Shown here: positions 48,434 through 57,486 of the stretch, piece by piece
Position numbering within the stretch: position 1 is the first letter of the stretch
Layout: every line of letters begins with the position of its first letter
NCBI GenBank assembly: GCA_017397955.1
Contig: JAFQHL010000002.1
Span: 2,142-66,141 of the forward strand
From: Clostridia bacterium
GTDB lineage: Bacteria > Bacillota > Clostridia > Oscillospirales > CAG-382
Reading direction: 5' to 3'
DNA length: 64,000 nucleotides
Translations under genes and position numbers: made by a program
Notes under the pieces: model-generated
Database searches by the model: none
What the model saw: the letters and a program-made list of their open reading frames with translations, nothing else
Told to the model about the DNA's origin: nothing

Positions 48434-48913
48434 TTAGCCCCTGTTTTGAAAAATACTTTTGATTTTTTTTAACGCTCGGTCAATCGAACGCTTTACGGGC
48501 ATAACTGTACATCCTTCTCGTTTTGCAATTTCCTCGTATGTAAAACCGTAGAAATAGTGCAGAATGACTCGTCTGCGTTGTACACCGGGGAGCTTGTCCA
48601 ACTCTTGGTGAAGATGTTCACTACGCATATTTCTTAATGCAATATCTTCCGTTAACTCCGGCTGCTCGGCGGATCTCATCGTTATTTCTTCATCGGTAAT
48701 CTCGAACTGTTCGATATGCCTGTCAACCTCATTAAGGTATGCAAGATCCTCACGCTCGAAAGAGTCCATAACCGTATACAGTTCTTTGTTAATTTCAATC
48801 CTTTGATATACGCCTTGCCCATCTTTGAATGAGATGTAATATGTACCGTTATGGATTACCAACTTATATGGGTTATATTTATCTTTCCGTCTTTTCGGAT
48901 GTTTTCCATCCAT
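48434..48913 (-). CDS. Small sigma-70-family (region 4 only) factor of mobile elements
   Basis: C-terminal LPGVQRRRVILHYFYGFTYEEIAKREGCTVMPVKRSIDRALKKI is a sigma region 4 HTH. AGGAG RBS. Confidence 0.75.
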   Translation of the reverse strand: MDGKHPKRRKDKYNPYKLVIHNGTYYISFKDGQGVYQRIEINKELYTVMDSFEREDLAYLNEVDRHIEQFEITDEEITMRSAEQPELTEDIALRNMRSEHLHQELDKLPGVQRRRVILHYFYGFTYEEIAKREGCTVMPVKRSIDRALKKIKSIFQNRG

Positions 48914-49021
48914 TGTATGTTCTCCTTTCGTGATTTGAATCGATGAGTTTGAATCGCGAAAGGAGGGCTACGACAGCCGACACAAAGGGACTTATTTGTT
49001 CTTATTTGGGGAACACATGAG

Positions 49022-49070
49022 AAAAAGCCAAACTCACCCCTCGAAAAATCAAGGGTGAATTTGGCTTTTT
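49022..49070. terminator. Strong bidirectional hairpin upstream of sigma gene
   Basis: AAAAAGCCAAA..CACCC...GGGTG..TTTGGCTTTTT, a long stem flanked by A5 and T5. Confidence 0.65.
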
Positions 49071-49774
49071 GGTTAAAATTTATATGTTTTTGTCTACACG
49101 ATGTGTAAAAAGAACAAACCTCGATGATTTCGAGGATGATTTCGAGGATGATATGCAAAGCATATCTAAAAATAATTATCTTTCATAATAGGTTTGATAT
49201 GAAGTGGTGACATTTACATTTTTTAAGGCCAAATCTTTTGATAAAAAATAAAATTTGACATTTTTTACAAGACATAATAAAAGACTTCCAACTATATAAA
49301 TTGGAAGCCTCTTATTCAATAAAATTATTTTTTATCAAGCATATTAAGGATGAGTACATTTTCTCCTCCGATTAGTTATAGTTCGAGTTAATTATTATAT
49401 TATCTTTTAGGTTGAACAAATTTTAACAAATTCTTTCTGCGATTTTTGTCATGTATTGTAATTAAACTAATATTTTTGAAAAATAAAAACAAAAAGTGAG
49501 TCCTATAGCAACCCACTTTTGACGGCACTATTATACCATCATTCATATTTACTTGTCATCGGCTTTTAATCGTAAAAATATAGGCACAAAATTGACACAA
49601 ATATATGTTTTTATACTTTTCTCATCTTTGGAACATTCCACACAATAATATCCAGAAAACTTTACTATTCTGCTGTATCTACTCTTAAAGTGGGATTTTC
49701 AAGGCGGCACACGGTGGACCGGTACTCAGTCCACCGTGTTTGCATAGATCACCCTTTTGAGTGCAAATAAAAAA

Positions 49775-50032
49775 TTACAACAAGTAATACCGATTTGAGG
49801 TCGCACTACCGTTCTCACGATAGTGCGGCTCTTTTCGTATTAGGCTTGCTTTCTCCAAGTCGTGAATTGCTCGTTTCACAGTACTTCGTGAGATTGACAA
49901 GCTCTCAGCAATAGTCTTTATACTTGGCCAAGCCTTTTTCTCTTTGTCCATGCGGTCGTATAGATAAAGATAAACAAGCTTGGCTCTTTTGGGTAGTTCG
50001 GTTTGATAGAGATAATCAAGTCTGCCCATCAC
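49775..50032 (-). CDS. Winged-helix/HTH DNA-binding protein (mobile-element regulator)
   Basis: 85 aa. WPSIKTIAESLSISRSTVKRAIHDLEKASLI. Confidence 0.75.
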   Translation of the reverse strand: MMGRLDYLYQTELPKRAKLVYLYLYDRMDKEKKAWPSIKTIAESLSISRSTVKRAIHDLEKASLIRKEPHYRENGSATSNRYYLL

Positions 50033-52055
50033 CTTTCACCTCCGTCTGAGAAGGTTCGACTATGGGTACAGTCCTTTTCTTCTTCGGTGCTATTTGTAAA
50101 GCCGTGCCGCCACCCTTGCCTTTTGCTTTGCCCTTCTCTCCATCTGTATTTTCATCACTTTCGATTGTGGAGCTATTCGGAGCAACAATGCCACTTTGAT
50201 TTCCATTCTGATAGTCAAGTTCTTTTACGGTTATACCATTGTCAGAAGACCTATCTTTAGGCAGTATTTTGGTACGGTCAAAATTATCTCTGTCGGACAT
50301 CCCTTGGTACACACTTCCCGAAGGAGAAGCATTGCCATCGGTTATGTCGAAAGCTGTTTCGTGATGGTATTTTGCTATAATTCCATCCAGTATCTCCTTC
50401 TTCTCGGCATATTCAACCTTTCTGCCACCATTGTCGGGTACGGTATACGGATTCTTATCGTCAAACTTTATACCCCATTTAAAGAATAGTTTCAGTTTTA
50501 CTTTCATCGGGTGTACACCTGTTTTCATTACTACGAACTCACCCTTGGGTAGTGACTTTAACTCATCGGGTGTGAGTAGCGGTCGTTCTATCATTTGTAA
50601 TGACTGCGAAGGATCGTTCTTGCTTCGGCTTACGGAGCCGGACATGACGGTTCTGCTGCCAAGTGCCTTTGACAGCACCTCTGCCGAGCTGCTGTTGGGG
50701 GCAAATCCACCAAACAGCGTGAGCTGGGTGTTATCCACGATGATTTCCGCACCTTCCTTGCCGTAGTTCTTGTCAAGCTGCGAGAAGGACTGAATGATAG
50801 GCACAATCTGCAAGCGTCTGCTTCGTGATGCGGAGAACATCATTTCCGCAGATTCTATCTTGGGGAGCGTACCGAACTCATCGCAGAAGAATACACAGCG
50901 GTTCTTCAGCTTGCCGCCCTGCTCATCGGCTACCGCCAATATCTCTCGGTAGAGCTGTTGGATGATGAGGGATATCATGAAGAAGGTGTTGGGGTTTTCC
51001 TCCGGCATGATTACGAAGATAGCGGATTTCTCGGAGCAGAACTTTTCGGCATCTATCTCGGTGTCAAAGCACAGGAGCTGTTCCAGTTCCGAATCGAGGA
51101 AGGAGTTCAGTCGGGATAGGGCTGTGGACATGACCGATGCCATCGACTGCTCGGCGGTGTTGAGGGCTGCACCTGCAAACCACTTCGCCTTATGGTCATT
51201 GGGTAGCATTTCCATGAGCTGTTGGAACTGATTCTTTCCTTTTTTCTGCGAGGGAGCAAGCAATTCCTGAATGATTTTGAATACCGACACGATGTGCCGT
51301 TTCTTGGGTTCGCAGAATTCTGCCACGAGGAGGATGGTTGCAGTTAGCAAGCCTTCGGCTGCATCGTAGAAGTAGGCGTTCTGTCCGAAGGATGCAGCGT
51401 CCATGCCGGACAGGATGATGGTTTTGGATATGATCTTGGCATACTTTTCTGCCTTGGCCTTGTACACCAAAGTTTCGGGGTGTTCGCTATATAAGTCCAT
51501 ATACTTATTTACCAAGTGCAATAAGTTATTGCCGTTGGAGCGTGTGGGATTTCGCAGGTCGATAACCGAAACCTTGTAGCCGTACTCCTTGGCGATGTTG
51601 CCGTAGTTACGCATAACATCGCCCTTGGTATCGGTGGAGAGAAACGACATCCCCGAAGCACAGGCATATTCAATGCAGGGATATAACCAAAAGGCTGTTT
51701 TACCAACACCTGCCGCACCTATCATAAGGACATGGACATCTCCTGTATCAACCATTGCGGTGGTGTTGCCGGTACAGCCGACCACGATACCTTGAGGAAG
51801 CGGTTCGCCATCGGCAGTCGGTGTCTGTCCTTTGGCTGCCTGCTTACGCCATTTCTCCGGGGTGAACGGAATGTGACGGTATATTTTCTTGATCTCGGAT
51901 TTGTTAGCCCATCGAGCTGTTCCATGCTGTCCTTGTCCGACTGTTTTTGATTTTATTCCGTTGAGACTGTAAACATGGGATAATAAAGTGACACCGCCGA
52001 GGACAGCAAACATAACGGCGGCAACAAATATTAATAACATAGGATTTCCGGTCAT
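50016..52055 (-). CDS. Type IV coupling protein (VirD4/TraG family)
   Basis: N-terminal TM segment, HGTARWA motif, Walker A GAAGVGKTAF, 679 aa. Confidence 0.9.
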   Translation of the reverse strand: MTGNPMLLIFVAAVMFAVLGGVTLLSHVYSLNGIKSKTVGQGQHGTARWANKSEIKKIYRHIPFTPEKWRKQAAKGQTPTADGEPLPQGIVVGCTGNTTAMVDTGDVHVLMIGAAGVGKTAFWLYPCIEYACASGMSFLSTDTKGDVMRNYGNIAKEYGYKVSVIDLRNPTRSNGNNLLHLVNKYMDLYSEHPETLVYKAKAEKYAKIISKTIILSGMDAASFGQNAYFYDAAEGLLTATILLVAEFCEPKKRHIVSVFKIIQELLAPSQKKGKNQFQQLMEMLPNDHKAKWFAGAALNTAEQSMASVMSTALSRLNSFLDSELEQLLCFDTEIDAEKFCSEKSAIFVIMPEENPNTFFMISLIIQQLYREILAVADEQGGKLKNRCVFFCDEFGTLPKIESAEMMFSASRSRRLQIVPIIQSFSQLDKNYGKEGAEIIVDNTQLTLFGGFAPNSSSAEVLSKALGSRTVMSGSVSRSKNDPSQSLQMIERPLLTPDELKSLPKGEFVVMKTGVHPMKVKLKLFFKWGIKFDDKNPYTVPDNGGRKVEYAEKKEILDGIIAKYHHETAFDITDGNASPSGSVYQGMSDRDNFDRTKILPKDRSSDNGITVKELDYQNGNQSGIVAPNSSTIESDENTDGEKGKAKGKGGGTALQIAPKKKRTVPIVEPSQTEVKGDGQT

Positions 52056-52102
52056 AGGCTACTCCTTTCTCGGAGGATTTGACTCCGTACTTTTATAGAG
52101 GG

Positions 52103-53023
52103 TTAAAAGTGTATCATTGGCTGTGTGCATACGGCTTCCTCCGCTTCATCGGGGTGCATTCGCATATCGCTCCAATCCTTTAGAACGGGTATCAGCCACT
52201 CATGAGCGATTCCTTTTTCGTTAAGCTCGGCGGCTATTCTTATCACAGCTTTCTTGCCGCCTTCATCATTGTCATGACCGAAATACACTTTTTTGATTCC
52301 GGGGATGTCTTTAAGCATTTGATGCATTACTATGGATGATACACCACAGCTTGCCGCATAGCTATGCTGTTGCCAGCCCTTTTTGTTAATCGATATATAC
52401 GACAGCATATCTATCGGTGCTTCAAAGAGATACAGTTCGCTGCTTGTTCCATTCCAATGGAAGCTGTATTCCGGCATACAACTATCGACATTACCACGAT
52501 AATTACTACCGCTTGTCGTTGCCCGTTTGTGAGCATGACGAGCTATACCATCGTTATCGTATCCTACGAATACGGCGTTATGGTAGTCAGCGGATTCGTA
52601 TATCATCTTCTTTGCCACAAACGCATCCACCACATCTTTATCCAAGCAACGAGCATTCAAAAGATAACCGTATACTCGCCGCATATTATCATTAGGCTTG
52701 GGAAGCTCGAATGGCTTACAGCTTTTTTCCACCTGTTCTGACACTATGATGGTGCCGCCGCCTTCGCCAAGCAGATATTCTACGGCTTCGGGATAACTTT
52801 TGCCGTAAAACCTTTTGACAAAGTCAACGGCATCACCGCCAACTCTTTCGTATTGATGAAACCAAAGATTGCCTCGTATCGTAACCTTTTGAGAGCCGTC
52901 TTTCCATTCAAATTCCTTGCCGGAGCGTTTAAGACTCTCACCTTGAGAACGAAGAAAAGAGGCAAGGTCACATCGCCTTGCCTGTTCTCTCTGTTCTTCT
53001 GTAAAATGAATATATTGGGACAT
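52103..53023 (-). CDS. DUF3991/Toprim domain protein (conjugative primase-like)
   Basis: N-terminus ...DLASFLRSQGESLKRSG...WFHQYERVGGDAVDF. Toprim acidic motifs LFEAPIDMLS and GHDNDEGG. Confidence 0.8.
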   Translation of the reverse strand: MSQYIHFTEEQREQARRCDLASFLRSQGESLKRSGKEFEWKDGSQKVTIRGNLWFHQYERVGGDAVDFVKRFYGKSYPEAVEYLLGEGGGTIIVSEQVEKSCKPFELPKPNDNMRRVYGYLLNARCLDKDVVDAFVAKKMIYESADYHNAVFVGYDNDGIARHAHKRATTSGSNYRGNVDSCMPEYSFHWNGTSSELYLFEAPIDMLSYISINKKGWQQHSYAASCGVSSIVMHQMLKDIPGIKKVYFGHDNDEGGKKAVIRIAAELNEKGIAHEWLIPVLKDWSDMRMHPDEAEEAVCTQPMIHF

Positions 53024-53101
53024 AGATTCTCCTTTCTGCTTTTTTGTGCGTTAGCATTTTTTGCAAACTTGCTTTTTCGTGCTTATATGTTGTTTTGCTA
53101 C

Positions 53102-53130
53102 TTGCTTTTTCGTGACTTTCGTGGTATAAT
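53102..53130 (+). promoter_or_regulatory. Promoter with extended -10 for ATPase gene, overlapped by a 15-nt direct repeat
   Basis: TTGCTT (53102-53107), 17 nt, TGgTATAAT (-10 at 53125-53130). ACTTGCTTTTTCGTG occurs at 53067-53081 and 53100-53114. Confidence 0.55.
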
Positions 53131-53173
53131 CATGACATTAAGGCATAAACTAATACTTACAGGAGGATTAAAT

Positions 53174-54514
53174 ATGCTGAAACGAAAGATTTACGATCGG
53201 CTGCATGAATGGAAACGAAAAAGCAATGGGCAAACTGCTCTTTTGATTGACGGTGCTCGCCGTGTCGGTAAGAGCTATATAACCAAAGCCTTTGCTGAGC
53301 AAGAATATAAAAGTCATATCATCATTGACTTCGGTAATGCACCGAAGGATATTTTAGACCTGTTTATCAATGAAAGTTATGATCTTGATTTGTTCTTTGC
53401 CAAGCTATCGGCTTTTTACTCAACATTGCTATATAAACGAGAGTCGTTAATCGTATTTGACGAGGTTCAGCAGTTTCCGATGGCCAGACAGCTTATCAAG
53501 TATTTGGTAGCAGACGGTCGCTTCGACTATCTCGAAACCGGCTCATTGATTCGTTTGAAAAAGAACACCGAAAATATTATCATCCCCTCAGAGGAGGAGC
53601 ATATTGAGATGTTCCCCATGGACTTTGAGGAGTTCCTGTGGGCTATGGGAGACGAAGCGACAGTGCCGCTTATTCGCCGTTGTTTTGAGGAAAAGATTCC
53701 ACTTGGGCAAACACTTCACCGCAAGATTATGAATGACTTTCGGCAATATCTGCTTGTAGGCGGTATGCCGCAAGCGATTCTTGCCTATCGAAACGGCAAA
53801 GATTTTGAAGCTGCGGATGAAGCAAAGCGTCGCATTCTCCGTCTTTACAGAGACGATGTTTCCAAGTTTGCTTCCGGATATGAGGAAAAGGTCTATGCTG
53901 TATTTGACGGTATTCCCGGACAGCTTTCCAAAAAAGAAAAAAAATACACGCTTTCCTCCGTTGACAAAAATGCCCGTTTCAGAACTTATGAAGATTCTTT
54001 TATTTGGCTAAATGAAGCCATGGTAGTAAATACCTGCTTTAATGCTACCGATCCGAATGTGGGATTGGCACTAAGCGAGGATGATAGAACACAAAAATGC
54101 TATATGGCAGATACCGGTCTACTCGTTACGCATACTTTTATGGATACTCCGTTCACCGACAACGAGCTGTACCGTGCGATTCTATTTGATAAATTGGATA
54201 TCAACGAAGGGATGATTATGGAAAATGCAGTAGCGCAGATGCTTCGCTACAATGGACACAAGCTGTATTTCTATTCTCGCAACGATAACTTGGTCAGAGA
54301 GAATCACATGGAAATTGATTTCCTTATCACGCAGAAGAAAAAGGTTTGTCCCATTGAGGTAAAATCTGCAAATTATCGAAAGCATTCCTCTCTTGATAAA
54401 TTCCGCAAAAAGTTTTCATCAAAAATCGGAACACCGTATATTCTGTATCCAAAAGATGTTATGGAGAAGGACGGTGTTTGGCATCTACCTCTCTATATGG
54501 CAATGTTCCTGTAA
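53174..54514 (+). CDS. AAA-family ATPase with DUF4143-type C-terminal domain
   Basis: ATG at 53174 after AGGAGG. Walker A GARRVGKSY and Walker B LIVFDEVQ. The track ORF start at 52853 is an upstream shadow extension. Confidence 0.8.
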   Translation: MLKRKIYDRLHEWKRKSNGQTALLIDGARRVGKSYITKAFAEQEYKSHIIIDFGNAPKDILDLFINESYDLDLFFAKLSAFYSTLLYKRESLIVFDEVQQFPMARQLIKYLVADGRFDYLETGSLIRLKKNTENIIIPSEEEHIEMFPMDFEEFLWAMGDEATVPLIRRCFEEKIPLGQTLHRKIMNDFRQYLLVGGMPQAILAYRNGKDFEAADEAKRRILRLYRDDVSKFASGYEEKVYAVFDGIPGQLSKKEKKYTLSSVDKNARFRTYEDSFIWLNEAMVVNTCFNATDPNVGLALSEDDRTQKCYMADTGLLVTHTFMDTPFTDNELYRAILFDKLDINEGMIMENAVAQMLRYNGHKLYFYSRNDNLVRENHMEIDFLITQKKKVCPIEVKSANYRKHSSLDKFRKKFSSKIGTPYILYPKDVMEKDGVWHLPLYMAMFL

Positions 54515-54540
54515 AATTCCGACAAGCAAGCCCACGGTTA

Positions 54541-56715
54541 TCATTGTTTGAGACCGTGGGCTTGTTTCTTTTCATCAATTTTCCGTCTGAGCTTTCTGTC
54601 AATGGCACCGGCCTTATCCTTTTGTTCATCTTCCAAGTGGTTTTGGATTATTCTGCTGATGTGGTTCAGTAGCCGTATAATGCCCATAGCAGCGAATGGA
54701 TTTCTGTTGTTTTTCAAGCTGTTAAGCAGTTGCTTTGCATATTGATTCCCATGGTCTGCCGATGCTGTTAGATATTCTAACGCTTTGTCATAATCTTGCT
54801 GTATCTCTTTGCCGAAGAGATACAACTTGCCGAGCAGATATTCTGCGTGAGCGTTACCACTCTCGGCTGCTATTTCCAAATTCTTTATCGCACGAAGGAT
54901 ATCCTTTACAGTTTCTTCCGTCAGTAGTATCTTACCAAGTAAATACGCGGCGTTGGGTATATCTTCTCCGGCTGCCATCTCTAAATATCTAACTGCACTT
55001 TCTAAATCTTGCGGAACAAGTTCGCCTTGATACAGCAGTTTCCCAAAAAGATACTGTGCAGGAGCGAATCCACAGATCGCAGATTGAGTCAGTAGTTCAA
55101 TTACCTCATCGATGTCAATTGGCAAAGTTCCATCAAGCATAGCTTTGCCGAGCGTGTATTTTGCATAACGATTATTTTTCTCAGACGAGTGCTTCAGTAA
55201 ATCTTCCGCACGAGGCAAGTCTTGTTCAACATCTTCACCTTTTAGGTACAGCTTACCGAGCAGATATTCTGCATAAGGATTTTCTTCGTCTGCTGACTCT
55301 TCAAGCCATCGTAAAGCATAATCCACATCTTTTTCTACATCTTCACCGTCAAGGAACAACTTTCCGAGACGGTATTTTGCCACACCGCAACCCAGCTTTG
55401 CAGACTGTATTAAATTTCGTACTGCTTCGCTTGGATTGTATCCATCACCGTTACGGTCAAGCTGTATCTTTGCTGTCTGATAATACTCCCACATTGCCGA
55501 CTCATCATCAGCGTATGTGTATTCACCATAATCATCGCCGTCATCCGGCTCTGTATCATCTGCATCGTATATCGGTTTTGTTTCATCGTCAGCCAAGCGG
55601 TTGAGGACTATATTCATAGCTTCACTTATGACAGCGTTCTTTATGGATTTGAATTCGGGATTATCAACAAGCGGAATACGCTGTGGCAATTCCTCGGTAT
55701 AAGTGCGTATGACTTCTTCCTTTTGTTCGTACCATAACTCATAGAGGGTGGCGATGCGATCATCGGCTGCAAGCGCTGACACAATATTGTTGACGATAGC
55801 CTTCACATCAGCTTTGAGATAGCCGTACTGTTTTTTGCCTGAGGTCTTTGACAGACGATCTGCAAGCTCTGTCAGCATAGCTTCGAGCTTTGGATTGTCG
55901 TAGGTGCCGCTATTGATTTTCTCAACGATTTGCTCAATCAATTCACGGCTGTGCATTCGCAAGCTGTCACGATGTTCGGTCTGCTTTTCATACACACACA
56001 AAAGATCTTGTGCAAATATATCCTTTGCAAAAGCCGAGCGTAAATTGTTCACGCCTTGCTTTGAAAGATATGGCGTGACTCCTTCGTCAGCATAGACCAT
56101 CAAGTGTATATGAGGATGATGCGACTCGTTATGGAATGCACCGTACCATTTGAGATTCTTTAACGGTATTTTGAAATTCTTTGACAGAGCTTCCGTCTGA
56201 GTGCGTAACATATCTCGCCAGCGTTCACCTGTGTTGAAGCCAAGCCGTTCCGCATCTTCTCGGCGTAATGAAATGATAACCGTCCACACATTGCCACCGT
56301 AATGATTGAGGTCCTCCGACACCTCACCGAGCTTGACTGCGACACCGTCATCTGTGAAGAGTCCGTGTGTTCCGAATCGCTCGGCTCTCGGTCGAGTAGC
56401 GATATAGTCTGCATAGGTTTTTGTTCTCATAACCTCGTAAGCATTATCCTCTAATGCACGAGTGATAAACTCTGAGGCATTGCCTTTATTCGGAGTTGAC
56501 TTGTAATCCTCATATTCAAGCATTGTTTTACTGTCGGGAAAATCCTTTAGTATTCGTGCTATCAATTGCTGTTGCTTTTGTGATGCAAGTTCTAACTTGA
56601 AGGACTCGTCTATCTTTTCGACACCTTCACGAGTTGCAATATACTTTGCGTAGCCACCAACACTTTGCCGAGTATTAGGCTTAAGGAATTTGAATTTCGT
56701 TATAAGCTTTGCCAT
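54541..56715 (-). CDS. MobL/MOBP-type relaxase fused to C-terminal Sel1-like (TPR) repeats
   Basis: MAKLITKFKFLKPN...YAKYIATREGVE N-terminus. Histidine triad HNESHHPHIHLMVY. C-terminal repeated A.Y.LGKLYL.G motifs. Confidence 0.8.
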   Translation of the reverse strand: MAKLITKFKFLKPNTRQSVGGYAKYIATREGVEKIDESFKLELASQKQQQLIARILKDFPDSKTMLEYEDYKSTPNKGNASEFITRALEDNAYEVMRTKTYADYIATRPRAERFGTHGLFTDDGVAVKLGEVSEDLNHYGGNVWTVIISLRREDAERLGFNTGERWRDMLRTQTEALSKNFKIPLKNLKWYGAFHNESHHPHIHLMVYADEGVTPYLSKQGVNNLRSAFAKDIFAQDLLCVYEKQTEHRDSLRMHSRELIEQIVEKINSGTYDNPKLEAMLTELADRLSKTSGKKQYGYLKADVKAIVNNIVSALAADDRIATLYELWYEQKEEVIRTYTEELPQRIPLVDNPEFKSIKNAVISEAMNIVLNRLADDETKPIYDADDTEPDDGDDYGEYTYADDESAMWEYYQTAKIQLDRNGDGYNPSEAVRNLIQSAKLGCGVAKYRLGKLFLDGEDVEKDVDYALRWLEESADEENPYAEYLLGKLYLKGEDVEQDLPRAEDLLKHSSEKNNRYAKYTLGKAMLDGTLPIDIDEVIELLTQSAICGFAPAQYLFGKLLYQGELVPQDLESAVRYLEMAAGEDIPNAAYLLGKILLTEETVKDILRAIKNLEIAAESGNAHAEYLLGKLYLFGKEIQQDYDKALEYLTASADHGNQYAKQLLNSLKNNRNPFAAMGIIRLLNHISRIIQNHLEDEQKDKAGAIDRKLRRKIDEKKQAHGLKQ

Positions 56716-56718
56716 AGC

Positions 56719-57087
56719 TTATCCATTCTGCCAGTTGACGGCATCCTCAAAACGAAAAGTACCGTTCAGTCGTTTCACTTCTTTTACACACTCACCACGC
56801 AAGCGTTCCAACGATAGAATGTCAATTTCTTGCTCGGAGGCTATAATGTTTTGGAGCATTGCTATCTCCACCGCCAGCTTAAACAGCATTCTATTCTGTC
56901 GGTTATCGCTCTCGGCTATGATGCTTTTGAGTGTGGAGGTCACCACGCTCGGCAGGTAGCTGTCCTGTTCCTCGGCTGTGAGGTATCCGCAGTAGAAGCG
57001 GATTGCCTTTTCTATGAATTCGGATTTACTGCGGCAGTCATCCTCACGGTATAGTTTATCTACGCTACTCATGGTTTCGGGTGTCAC
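56719..57087 (-). CDS. Relaxosome accessory (MobC/RHH-like) protein; N-terminus probably extends to ATG 57142 if a 1-nt frameshift is corrected
   Basis: Position immediately upstream of the relaxase. KSEFIEKAIRFY RHH-like segment. See the frameshift finding. Confidence 0.6.
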   Translation of the reverse strand: MTPETMSSVDKLYREDDCRSKSEFIEKAIRFYCGYLTAEEQDSYLPSVVTSTLKSIIAESDNRQNRMLFKLAVEIAMLQNIIASEQEIDILSLERLRGECVKEVKRLNGTFRFEDAVNWQNG

Positions 57088-57219
57088 CCACAGGGCAAAC
57101 TTCTTCTTGTTTTCGATAGCGGTGTCCTCCTCTCTTTTTCATGTTGTAACACCTACTACGACACCTGTGCTTTTGGCTGACGGTAGGCGGTTTCGTACAG
57201 TTATGACTCCTATTGCAGT

Positions 57220-57345
57220 CCATCAGGCGGTTTTACAACCCCTATCCGCAAAAAAACGAAAAGGGGCTGAAAACTCCCACGCAGTCGGCGTTGCCGTCTG
57301 CTGTGAGAAGAGTCGGGGATGCTTTACAACCCCGACTCTTTCACC
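57220..57345. other. Candidate oriT
   Basis: Intergenic region next to the mobC-like and relaxase genes. Perfect 11-bp inverted repeat AAGAGTCGGGG (57308-57318) / CCCCGACTCTT (57330-57340). 11-nt direct repeat TTTACAACCCC at 57232-57242 and 57323-57333. CCTATCCGC motif. Confidence 0.45.
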
Positions 57346-57486
57346 TGCTTGATTTTCGACCGTGTGCTGTATGCGTACTATCTTACACAAGCCTCGCTCG
57401 AAAATCGTTCAAATTGGCTCAATAATACTCTGTGGCACCCTTGCCTCGCCATCTGCAAAAAAGCGTATACGGCGGCAAACATGCAC

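Noticed and set aside
48856-49158. 100-aa minus-strand ORF overlapping the sigma-factor start.
   Set aside because: It overlaps the sigma gene RBS and start and runs through the strong terminator hairpin. The sequence (MHIILEIILEIIEV...) derives from the tandem GATGATTTCGAG repeat.
52853-53173. Upstream extension of the ATPase ORF (track start at 52853).
   Set aside because: The extension is antisense to the Toprim gene and runs across the promoter. The ATG at 53174 has an AGGAGG RBS, and the Walker A motif follows shortly after it.
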